Assembly (NCBI GenBank): GCA_965249065.1
Contig: CBDFLG010000002.1
Span: 2,169,960-2,233,959 of the forward strand
Length of the DNA stretch: 64,000 nucleotides
Direction of reading: 5' to 3'
Origin: Dehalococcoidia bacterium
GTDB lineage: Bacteria; Chloroflexota; Dehalococcoidia; Lucifugimonadales; UBA3495
Part shown: one piece after another, positions 49,301 through 59,231 of the stretch
Position numbering within the stretch: the stretch's first letter is position 1
Layout: each line of letters starts with the position of its first letter
Translations under genes and position numbers: made by a program
Notes under the pieces: model-generated
Database searches by the model: none
What the model was told of the DNA's origin: nothing
Seen by the model: only the letters and a program-made list of their open reading frames with translations

Positions 49301-51637
49301 GGAAAAACCCTGGACTATGAGTCCCAGATCGAATATCTGTTCAACGTCACCCTCACCGTCGACGGCACGGTCGTCGACCAGGGCCCAGTGCAGGTGAAGA
49401 TCCGGGACGTGAACGAGGCCCCCGGCGCGCCCGGCGCGCCGACAGTCAGCTCGTCCAGGAGCGCCCCCACCAGCCTGAGCGTGAGCTGGACCGCGCCGGC
49501 CATCAACACCGGCCCGCCCATCGACGGCTATAATGTGCAGTACCGCGTGACGGGCACAAACCAGCCGTGGACCGTCCAATCCCACACCGGCACCGGCACC
49601 ACCGGCACTACCGGCACTACCGGCACCATCATCGGCCTGACCAAGGGCACCACCTACGACGTGCAGGTGCGGGCTTGGAACGCCGAGGCCTCGGGCGACT
49701 GGTCCCCCAGCAGCACGGGCACCGCCGGCGACCCCAGCCCTGTGGCCTTCACCGACGGCGCCACCACGACCCGCACGGTGGCGGAGAACACCGGCCCCGG
49801 GCGGAACATCGGTAACCCAATCCTGGCCACCGGCGGCGCCGGCGCCCTGACCTACAGCGTGGGCGGCACGGACGGCGGGGACTTCGCCATCGTGGACTCC
49901 ACCGGGCAGTTGCGCACCAAGGCGGCCCTGGACTACGAGACGGGTCCCAGCCATACGGTGACGGTGAGCGCCAGCGACGGCGTGGACGCCGACGGCGCCG
50001 CCGACACCGCCGTGGATGACACCATTACGGTGACCGTCACCGTGACCGACGTGGAAGAGGAGGGTTCGATAAGCCTCAGTTCTACCACTTCCCGGGCGGG
50101 CACGGCGCTGACCGCCACCCTCACCGACCCCGACGGCGGCGTCACGGCCACGACCTGGCAGTGGAGCAGTTCGCCCGACTTGACGACCTGGACCGACATC
50201 AGCGGGGCCACGGATGCGTCGTACACGCCGGTCGCCGGCGACACGGGCAACTACCTGTGGGTCGATGCCTCCTACACCGACGCCCGCGGCTCCGGCAAGA
50301 CCGCCGCTAGGGTGACGGCCGGCGCCACCACCGACGCATCGAATCTTCTCCCACTGGAGCGTTTCTTCACCTTCGACCCCGAATTGCTGACAATCCCGGT
50401 GGAAGAGAGCGCGGGATTGCGGGTGACGAGCAACCCGAGTGCGGGCGCGCGTGACATCACCGTGACGTTCACCGCCGCAGACCCGTCGCTGATCACGATA
50501 ACGCCGTCGTCGGCGACCTGGACCATGGCGCAGTGGGGCGGCAGCGGCGTCGTGGAGACATTGACGGTCAAGGGCGAGGCCGCCGGGACCACCAACATCA
50601 TCATCTCTTCGGACAGCTCAGCGGGCGAGGACCACGACGGCTATGCGTCCTATTACATCCCCGTGACCTTGGATCCCTTCGGCCTCGTCGGCCACCCGTC
50701 GGGGTTCTACAGCTGCGCCACCCCGGCCTACGACTACGTCATCCAGCTGTGGTCGATGTCAGAGTTGCCGGCGCTCTTCAGGGTGGTGGCCGTGGACGCG
50801 ATAGCCAACGAGAACTGGAGCGCCGACAACCGGTACATGAACGATGTGCTGCAGCAACTGAACTCGGAGAACGATCGGCTGTATAGCGTCATCCGGCAGC
50901 GCAACTACGTCGAGCACTACGCCATCAACGCCATCAAGGCCTGGTCGTACTACTCAGTGAAGTTCGCCTACGATGCGGTGGCGGCGAGAGAAGCATACAT
51001 CAGCGCGAAGGCTGAAGTGGACGCGCTGTACGGCACCGGCCCCAGGAACGCCCTCACCATCGCTATCAACGCTGTAGTTGCGGACAAGGCCGAAGCCGAA
51101 TCCGCAGTAGCGTCTGGGAGTCTTCTGAATACGGATAAGGCGGCACAGCAGGCCATCGTTACTGCCCAGCAGGTCATCATCGATGATGTAACCTCTACGG
51201 CGGACCAGGTAACGGACGCGAAGGCCGCGAAATACGCCGCCCAGATCCTACTGGCGCCCGCCGAGACCGCAATCATGCGCATCGACGACCAGCTGGCTCG
51301 GCACAACGCCATAATCGCCGGCGCTGACGGCTGGAAGACCCAGCTGGAGACAGTCAAGACCGCGATTGACGCCGCCCTGGTCACGGCGAAGGCGGACGCG
51401 GCGACCGAATCTGCCAGCAGGAGGGTGCTGGCGGTGGAGCGGCTGGCCTTCCAACTGCGCTGGCACACTGACGTGGTCGACCCCCTGGCGCCGACCGCGG
51501 ACGAGCTGACGGCGCTAGCCACAGATGCGGAGGCAAGAGCCACAGCCATGGAAACGCAACTGCCCAAGACCCGCGCCGCAGGCGACTACACGGACTGGCA
51601 GCAGTTGCTGATAGAGGGGTCGCCCGACTGCCCCTAA
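46337..51637 (+). CDS. giant secreted cadherin/fibronectin-III adhesin-like protein (~1,760 aa), split by four single-base indels
   Basis: Signal peptide; repeated LDYET cadherin and YDVQYR/YEVQVRA Fn3 motifs; frames rejoin at ~47708, ~48381, ~48572 and ~49179. Confidence 0.85.
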
Positions 51638-51679
51638 CGGGCGGGCGTCCCCGCTCCCGCCGGGGAGCAAGGCTTTGAG

Positions 51680-51721
51680 AGCGCAGAGGCGGCAGGTCGT
51701 TGGGCCTGCCGCCTCTGCGCT
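51680..51721. terminator. long GC-rich hairpin after the adhesin
   Basis: AGCGCAGAGGCGGCAGG...CCTGCCGCCTCTGCGCT. Confidence 0.8.
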
Positions 51722-51793
51722 TTGACAGTGGGTAAATTGAATGGCTATCCCTACAGCGAGACCTCCCACCGGAAAGTTCGCAGTACAGTCTGC

Positions 51794-53204
51794 TTAGGCC
51801 CCACCAAACTTGACGGTAGACAGTACCGGGCTGTGCAGAGCTACCTCCTCGGCGTCCTTGCCGGGTATGGGGCTGTCGTCGGGCATGGGGATGGAGTAGC
51901 GGATGACGGCGCCGCCTGGGCTGATCATTATCTCCTTAACGAAGGACTCGATGAAGGCCCGCGACTCGGTAAGCTCGCTCTCCATCAGGAATCGGCTCAT
52001 GTCCTCTGCATAGGCCGTGATGGTCTTCACGTCGTCCAAGACCACCCGGCGCTCCGAGAGCAGCGCCCGCGCGTCGTCTGCCGCCGTCTCCAACCGCTCC
52101 TGCCGCTCCTTGTGCTCCCGGACGCGGGGGAGGATGTCGTTGATTTCTAGGTCGGTGCTCTCCACCGCGTGCCACAGGCGGTCCAGCCGGCGTCGCACCT
52201 CCGCCAGTTCCGACTCGACGGTTTCCAGCTTCTGCCGTTGCTCCCGGGCCACCCCGTCCATCTCCTCATCCACCAGCCGCACCAGGTCCCGGATGTTGCT
52301 CTCGGTCAGAATGTTGGAGCGAATCTGCTCAACGATCAGGCCCTCGAACCGCTTGGCGTTGAGCCTGGGGCAGTCACAGGCCCCGCTGCCCCGCTTCATC
52401 AGGGACTGGCAGACGTAATAGGCAAACCGGCCGCTCTTGGAGTCCTGGCCGGAGAGCGCCCGGTTGCACGTCTGGCACTTGACCAGCCCGCTGAGCAGGT
52501 AGGAGCTTCCGACGCGCCGGGGATGCACCTTCTTGGGGGCGCGGGACTCCATCAACTTGTTCACCCGCCGGAACTGGGCCTGGGAGACGATGGGGGGGAA
52601 GGCGTCCTCCACCCTTACCGGCGGGGTCTTGTCCTTGGCCCTGGTGCCCCAAACCAGGGCGCCAGTGTAAACCTCGTTCCGCAGGATGATATGCACCCCG
52701 TTCTTGGACCAGAGCTTGCCGGTGGGGTTGGCGATGCCCTCGGCGTTGAGGGTCCGGGTGATGTCCAGGATTCCCTTCCTCGCCTCGGCCATGCCGAAGA
52801 TGCGCTGCACCACGGGAGCGGTGGCTGGGTCGGGTTCCAGGGTGGGACGCTTCTTGGCCCCGTCCTGCACCATGAGCTTTTGTAGCCGTAGGGCACCCGG
52901 CTGGCCACCCAGAAGCCACGGGAGGCGGCCTCCCGCATCCCCCGGACAACCTCCCGGGCAAGATTTTCGCTGTAGAACTCGTCCAGACTCTCGATGATGG
53001 CCTCCATGAGCTTGCCTGTTGGGGAGTCGTCGGCGTGTTCGGTGATGGACACCACCCGGATGCCCTTGCGCCGGAGCATGGACTTGAATGCGACGGCGTG
53101 CTCCCGCTTGCGGGTGAAGCGGGAGAACTTCCAGACCAGGATTTCCTGAAAGGGGGCGTTGGTCTTGCCGGTCTCGTCCAGCATCCGGCGGAACTGGGGC
53201 CGCC
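51794..53204 (-). pseudogene. large serine recombinase (DsiB-like), N-terminally truncated, one frameshift
   Basis: RPQF, VWKFSRFTR, EFYSENL, PYGY, YLLSGLVKC, coiled coil, VLSTVKFGG; catalytic YxRxS region absent. Confidence 0.88.
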
Positions 53205-53317
53205 CAGATGCGGGCGCTCCGGGACTACGCCAAGGCCAACGGGTACACCCTGGCCCGTGAGTACGTGGACGAGGCCCAGAGGGCAAGGCCAACGCCCCTT
53301 TCCAAGTCATTCTGGTT
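53198..53317 (+). pseudogene. third serine-recombinase fragment
   Basis: AAQMRALRDYAKANGYTLAREYVDEA then GKANAPFQVILV. Confidence 0.75.
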
Positions 53318-53507
53318 CCCGAACACCAACACGATGCCAATAATCGGTAATTCCACCACGCACGGTCTGCCCGTCACACTCGACCGCTACCCAGGAACGA
53401 GCACCTTGACCAGTCCATGCCGACGCCTACCCGCGGTCACCATGTCATGGTGCCGCTGTACATAACCAACTACCGGACGGCAGAATAGATTGGGCACCTC
53501 ACGGACC

Positions 53508-53630
53508 CTAGTAGTCCAACAGCTTTGAACTGATGGCATTAACAGTTTACATCTTGACCGGCGGCAACATTGCCCAAGTATCGCCAAGCTATCCCGGCTA
53601 CCCCTCAATTCAAAGCTGTTGGACTACTAG
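53508..53630. mobile_element. MITE-like element
   Basis: 26-bp inverted repeat CTAGTAGTCCAACAGCTTTGAA(C/T)TGA with one mismatch. Confidence 0.75.
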
Positions 53631-53910
53631 TGGACTGCGGGGCCTCGTCGCCCAAGGCGTGGCAAGTCTCCACCTTGCAGTCGAGCAAACGCAACGGGTT
53701 CCGTTCCAGCCGCTCCCGGCAATCGGGGCAAAGTCGGTCGTGGTGGCCGGAATAGTAGTCGCGGAGCAGGGCGATGTAAGCGGGGCGGCACTCGGCGTCG
53801 CCGATGCTGTTGACCAAGAGATTGATCTCGGTGAGGCCCAGGCTGCGCATCAGCTCCCAAGCGACCTCGATCACCCGGCGTCCACCGACGGGTCGGCGGT
53901 GCCCCGATGC
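53631..53910 (-). pseudogene. hisS: internal fragment of histidyl-tRNA synthetase
   Basis: DPSVDA-VIE...NSIGDAECRPAY...RLERNPLRLLDCK. Confidence 0.82.
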
Positions 53911-53950
53911 GCTCTAAACACGATTTCGTCTACTCCGGGGAAATGAGTCT

Positions 53951-54700
53951 TTAGGCACCGTCTTCACCGGCAGAAGCTGAGAATTCTAGTGGTAAGTTGT
54001 CTAGGTCCAGTTCAGTTCGCGTTGTTTCCAAATTGCCTTTTTCTACGAGCAATATGGACATGCAAACTTGGGGGTAGCGCGTATCCGCCATCTCTGAGAC
54101 CTCATGGAAATAGCCGGTGCCTCTCAAAGCTCGAGGGCGGGGTTCCAGGTTCAATAAGCAACTGATCACTTGATCGGCGTCGCTGACAACATAGGGAACT
54201 ACCGCTTCCTGCTCCTGACCGTCGAATTGGATTCGATAGTGAGAGTCTTGGAGACCTTCTTGTCCTTCGATATTCTTTAACAGGCGCATATCCGCCAAAA
54301 CGAACCTGCTGGATACTCGGTACATTTCCTTCCATACTTCCTGGTAGCGAGGTTCGATAACCAGCACACTAGTGCAGTGAACCAAGTCGAAGGTCCCATC
54401 GGCGAAAGGAATTGTCACTCCATCGGCGACCTCAAATCGGGCTTCCTGATAGGTCTGGCGGGCAAGGTCGACAGCGGGCTTGGCTATATCGATTCCAGTA
54501 TAGTCGATTGTTGGTTCCAGGGTACGCATGATGTTGAAGAATCCGCCGGAGGCGCAGCCCACATCCAGCACTTTAATCCCCGGAAACAAAACTCTAGGCA
54601 AAAAAAACCGCTCCGATGGGTAAAGGTCGGTCACTTCTCGCCGATGTTTGGAGTAATATTCGATGGCGCTCGGCTGGGACCATGCCTTGGCACTTTCCAA
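53951..54700 (-). CDS. class I SAM-dependent methyltransferase
   Basis: VLDVGCASG, GIDI, IPFADGTFDLV. Confidence 0.9.
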   Translation of the reverse strand: MESAKAWSQPSAIEYYSKHRREVTDLYPSERFFLPRVLFPGIKVLDVGCASGGFFNIMRTLEPTIDYTGIDIAKPAVDLARQTYQEARFEVADGVTIPFADGTFDLVHCTSVLVIEPRYQEVWKEMYRVSSRFVLADMRLLKNIEGQEGLQDSHYRIQFDGQEQEAVVPYVVSDADQVISCLLNLEPRPRALRGTGYFHEVSEMADTRYPQVCMSILLVEKGNLETTRTELDLDNLPLEFSASAGEDGA

Positions 54701-54776
54701 AATGCACCTTCTTGTTCAAGAGTTAGTTGGCATTAAACGCCTGCCCGTTTCCGGCTGATGGGTGGCGAAAACAGCC

Positions 54777-55541
54777 TTATTTGCCGGGTTTTTCAGGATT
54801 CAGAGTCTCAGCAGCGAAAAGTTTTTCGGTTGCCCGGAGGTCTTCCAAAGTATCAATCTCCGCCCATTTATTCGGCGCGGCACAGAGAACGGCCAAACGG
54901 ATGGCGCCTTGAGAAATCAGGTCGGCGAAGACCGCCTCATAATATAGGTCATACCGTTGCTGCGCCACGTAGGAATCGAGGCGAGGAACTATCTTGTTCT
55001 GTAAGGTCTCTTGAGACAGTTTATAGATATTTACCGTTTTGTAAGCGGATGCGTAGTCGAAATCATCCCCTTGGTGCGCTTTGAGGACCATCCTGCTAGC
55101 CCACGGGCCATTGGCCTGGATAATCGTCCCATCCATGTAAGGCTGAAATTTTTCGACGATAGCAACGTTCTGCTCAGGAGTTTGAGCCAGTCTCTGCAAC
55201 AACTCGGGTTCGAAAACCAAGTCCCCTTCCAGCAAGAGGATCTGGTTATCCAGGTGTTGTCGGGCTAACCACAGGGAGTAGATGTTGTTGGTGCGGTCAT
55301 AAATATGATTTTGAACGTAGTGTATGTTCATGTCGCCATATCTGATTCCGTACTTCGCGGACACTAATTCCGAAAGATAGCCCACTACCAGGATTACGTC
55401 TCGGACACCTGCCGTCAACAATGCTTCCAGCTGATGCTCCAAAATGGGCTTGGAATTGACCGGGACCAGACATTTTGGAAAGGACATCGTAATGGGGCGC
55501 AATCGGGTGCCCATGCCCGCAGCAAGGATTACTGCCTTCAT
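54777..55541 (-). CDS. LicC-like phosphocholine cytidylyltransferase / NTP transferase
   Basis: ILAAGMGTRL, PKCL, TNNIYSLW, EGDL, WAEIDTLEDL. Confidence 0.85.
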   Translation of the reverse strand: MKAVILAAGMGTRLRPITMSFPKCLVPVNSKPILEHQLEALLTAGVRDVILVVGYLSELVSAKYGIRYGDMNIHYVQNHIYDRTNNIYSLWLARQHLDNQILLLEGDLVFEPELLQRLAQTPEQNVAIVEKFQPYMDGTIIQANGPWASRMVLKAHQGDDFDYASAYKTVNIYKLSQETLQNKIVPRLDSYVAQQRYDLYYEAVFADLISQGAIRLAVLCAAPNKWAEIDTLEDLRATEKLFAAETLNPEKPGK

Positions 55542-56653
55542 CCTCTACCTCCACTGGTGTAATCCGGATGTCCGAGAGATGATTCGGCTTTTAGTCCCTG
55601 TAGGGCAGCTACTAGAGCCGTATTGTCCGCTTGGGTGCGGGAAGCAATTCGTATGTAAGGGTCCTCCAGCCCCTCCTTTCCACTGCAATTGTTGACCAGA
55701 ATATTGTACTGCTCGAAAAGGGCTGAAGTTAATTCCTCTCCGGTTAGGCCGTAGAGAACCCGGCACAAGACGAAGTTGCCTTCGGTGGGGAAGGGGTAAA
55801 GGTAGGGCACTCCGCGGAGTTGTTGAAACAGCCGCTGGGTCGCTTCCCGCACCTTTAAGCACGAAACCGTGAACTCCTCTCGGTACTCTCCGTAATGGCG
55901 TAAGAAGAACTGGGCTAAAGAGTTGATGTTCCAGATGGGGAGGTCTTGTCGCAGCTGCTTGACGCGCTCACTATTCCCGGATACAGCATACCCCAAACGA
56001 AGCCCCGGAATTCCGTAATTCTTGGATAGGCTCTTCAACACGATCAAGTTCGGAAATTCAAATACTAAGTTTGATGCTGCTTGGTCCGATTCCGCGGTTA
56101 CGAACTCAATAAACGAGTCATCCACCAACACTAGGTCCAGGTCCCTGAGGTCTTCCAGCAAAAAGGCAAGGTCAGATTTGGAGATAAGGGACCCGGTGGG
56201 GTTGTTGGGCCGGATGAGTACAGCCGCATTGGCCCGCGTTTTTCTTACGTGCCGGACAAACGCTTCCGGGTCGAGTTTGAATTCGTCACGAAGGCGGAAG
56301 GGGCTGACTTTCCTGCCCAAGGTCTTGGCTCGGTTGGTAAACTCATTGAACGTAGGCGTAGGGATGGCTAGGTTCCGGACGAATCGATTGACCAAAATGT
56401 CTATCAATTCGCTGGCGCCGTTTCCGACCACCACCTCCTGCTCGGTTAATCCCAAAGGGCCCGCCAGTAATGATGATACATACCAGTTGGTCGACGGATA
56501 AGCCTTGACCAATTCAGTCAAGTGTGTACCCAGGTCCTCCAAGAGAGCCTCGGGAGGGAAAAAGGGGTTGCTCATGTAACAAAAGTCTTTGACTTCAAAG
56601 TCCCAAAATCCACCGTACAAGGAGGACAAATATTCTGCGGTCTGGTCGGGCAT
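55538..56653 (-). CDS. class I/II PLP enzyme (CobD/HisC-like)
   Basis: GNGASELI, PNNPTG, DDSFIEF, KSLSKNYGIPGLRLGY. Confidence 0.88.
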   Translation of the reverse strand: MPDQTAEYLSSLYGGFWDFEVKDFCYMSNPFFPPEALLEDLGTHLTELVKAYPSTNWYVSSLLAGPLGLTEQEVVVGNGASELIDILVNRFVRNLAIPTPTFNEFTNRAKTLGRKVSPFRLRDEFKLDPEAFVRHVRKTRANAAVLIRPNNPTGSLISKSDLAFLLEDLRDLDLVLVDDSFIEFVTAESDQAASNLVFEFPNLIVLKSLSKNYGIPGLRLGYAVSGNSERVKQLRQDLPIWNINSLAQFFLRHYGEYREEFTVSCLKVREATQRLFQQLRGVPYLYPFPTEGNFVLCRVLYGLTGEELTSALFEQYNILVNNCSGKEGLEDPYIRIASRTQADNTALVAALQGLKAESSLGHPDYTSGGRG

Positions 56654-56675
56654 GGATACCTCCTCCCTAGCGAGT

Positions 56676-57554
56676 TCACTCCGGCGATAAAACGCAGAGC
56701 CGTCCTGAAGCGGTTAATGGGTCTGGGTTATAGACGTAGCTTTCGCCTTTGGCCAGCTTCTCTTGGTAGAGCACTTCCTCGTGATCGCCGTATCTGATAA
56801 TCAAAGCGTACCAGTCACTACGAGGCAGACCAATAATCGCGTAGCCCTGCTCGTTAGTCCGGTAACTGCCTAGTCCGGTGGCCATGACTTCCGCGCCGGA
56901 TACTGGTCCGCCGACTTGGTCAAGAACCCGGACCCGGCTGTCGCCCGATTGCGGGATGGCTCGCACTGAGATCGGGCTTTCCGGGACCAATTCCAGGATA
57001 TCCTTCTCGTACCCGGTCCTCTTAGGAGTCATCCAATCGGCGCCATACTTGCGCCGCAGATATTCTTCCGGTGGATTCGGCACGAGGAACTTCTCGCCGA
57101 TGAAGTCGATTTCCTTCAGTTGAGTGACCAGTCCGACGGGGATTCGGATCCCAGGGTACTGAATTATGTTGTCGTCGACGATCCGATGGCAGATCCAGTC
57201 CGTCCTAATATTGGACTTCACCATCGCCACACTTATGTAGTCGTCGTTGGGTTCCACTTTGGCAAAATACCCGTTGTCCCTGAAGGCAGCCACAACGCGG
57301 TCTATTGAATTCTCGGTGAGCCCGTGAAGTCCGATGACGGAGCTTAAATCCAAGTCATCATCCCACGGAATGAATCCGTTGTCCCTAATTGCACCGAGAC
57401 ATGTCCCCTGACGAAGAAAGAAAACCACGCCCAATTGGTCCATGAACTGCTTTGCTTCCTTCAGCATCCTTGCGGCGGTGGCTGGGTCCATCGGCTGCAA
57501 AACCGAGTACGACCTCTCCAAGGCCGCCTCATCGGCCCCATTGCTCGGCGCCAT
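56676..57554 (-). CDS. LicD family phosphotransferase
   Basis: [21 protein letters not shown]; [14 protein letters not shown]. Confidence 0.88.
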   Translation of the reverse strand: MAPSNGADEAALERSYSVLQPMDPATAARMLKEAKQFMDQLGVVFFLRQGTCLGAIRDNGFIPWDDDLDLSSVIGLHGLTENSIDRVVAAFRDNGYFAKVEPNDDYISVAMVKSNIRTDWICHRIVDDNIIQYPGIRIPVGLVTQLKEIDFIGEKFLVPNPPEEYLRRKYGADWMTPKRTGYEKDILELVPESPISVRAIPQSGDSRVRVLDQVGGPVSGAEVMATGLGSYRTNEQGYAIIGLPRSDWYALIIRYGDHEEVLYQEKLAKGESYVYNPDPLTASGRLCVLSPE

Positions 57555-57824
57555 ATTCCCTCCTTGTCCTGACTCAAGTTTGGAACATCCGACTCCTGCT
57601 TCAGTTAAAGCCCAGCTTGTTGGCACCGACGGAACCGGCCCCTGACGTTGACAAACAACCGGTCTAGCGATATTAAGCACCGGGTAGGCTACCCAAAACC
57701 GGGGGTTTTGTCAATGCAATTGCCCGCCGGATTGCGCCGACTAGCTTGGAAAGGTGGGCGGAGGAGCGGGGGGAAGCCGGGGGCATGGGCTTGTTGAGGG
57801 TGGACCTGGGCAGGGCAGAGCCGG

Positions 57825-59130
57825 TCCGTCGCCGCCCAGTTGCGGGCGCTCCGTGACTACGCCAAGAACAACGGCTACGCCGTGGCCCGAGAGTACGTGG
57901 ACGAGGCGGAGAGCGGCCGCATCGCTGACCGTCCCCAGTTCCACAAGATGATCGACGAGGGTGGGAAACCCACCGCCCCCTTCCAAGTCATCCTTGTCTG
58001 GAAGTTCAGCCGCTTCACCCGCAAGCGGGAGCGCGCCGTGGCCTTCAAGTCCATGCTGCGGCGCAAGGGCATCCGCGTGGTCTCCATCACCGAGCACGCC
58101 GACGACTCCCCCACCGGCAAGCTGATGGAGGCCATCATCGAGAGCGTGGACGAGTTCTATAGTGAAAATCTTGCGCAAGAGGTCGTGCGGGGGATGCGGG
58201 AGGCCGCCTCCCGCGGCTACTTCCTGGGTTCCAAGGCCCCCTTCGGCTACAACCGCGTCAAGGTCAGCGACGGTGTTAGGGAGCGCCCCACCCTGGAGGT
58301 GGACCCGGTGGCCGCCCCCATCGTCAAGGAAATCTTCGAGAGTTCCCGCCGGGGCAACGGCCTGAAGGAAATCTGCAAGGAGCTGAATCGCCGGGGCGTC
58401 ACCAACAGGGGCAAACGCTGGCAGAAGAACGTCGTCCACTACCTCTTGACTAACGAGGCTTACACCGGAACCGCCGTCTGGGGAGTGAAGAGCAAGGACG
58501 AGAAGGCGCAGGAGCCGGTGAGGGTTGAAGGGGCCTGGCCCGCCCTGGTGTCCCGTGAGACCTTCGATGCGGTGCAGCAGGGATTGCATGAACGGGCGCC
58601 GGCCAAGCAGCGGCCCGGACGGGTGGGCAGCCAGTACCTCCTGAGCGGCTTGCTACGGTGCGGGGTGTGCGGAAAGCCCTACTCGGGCCAGGGGGCCAAG
58701 AGCGGCCAGTTCGCCTACTACGTCTGCGGCAGCCTGTTCCGCGAGGGAGTGGGGGCCTGCACCGCCCGCTACCTGAACGCCCCCAGGGTGGAGGATTTCA
58801 TCATCGAGAAGGTCAGGGAGCGGATTCTCACCGAGGAGACCATCACCGAGCTGGGGACCCTGGTGGCCGAGGAGATCGATAACCTGGCCGGGGAGATCAA
58901 CGGCAGGCTGACGGCCATCAGCGCCGAGCTTGCCGATGTGGACAGCAGGTTGGAGAACCTCTACCAAGCATTGGAGACCAAGCAGTTGCCCATCGAGGCG
59001 CTGTCGCCCCGCATCCTGTCCCTGAAGGCCCGGCAGGACCAGCTCACGGCGGCGCGGGAGGAGGCCGAGGGCCGGCTGGAGCAGCGGCGGGCGGAGTTGC
59101 CCACGACGAAGGAGATCAAGGGGTACGCAG
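57825..59130 (+). pseudogene. large serine recombinase (DsiB-like), truncated at both ends
   Basis: SVAAQLRALRDYA...DEAESGR...YLLSGLLRC; lacks catalytic N-terminus; homology stops at KEIKGYA. Confidence 0.88.
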
Positions 59131-59231
59131 CGGCCTTCCCTCTGCACCGGGGCGAATGGGCGCTCCACGCCCGGCAGAGCGCCGCGACACCGGAGTCGTC
59201 GGCATTAACCGCCGTCCTCTATTTATCGTTA

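Noticed and set aside
53198-53278. Programmed inversion of the recombinase N-terminus
   Set aside because: The fragment continues into its own GKANAPFQVILV, so it is a separate third copy; no flanking inverted repeats
53911-53951. AGACTCATTTC as an IS end next to the hisS fragment
   Set aside because: No partner inverted repeat seen in the window
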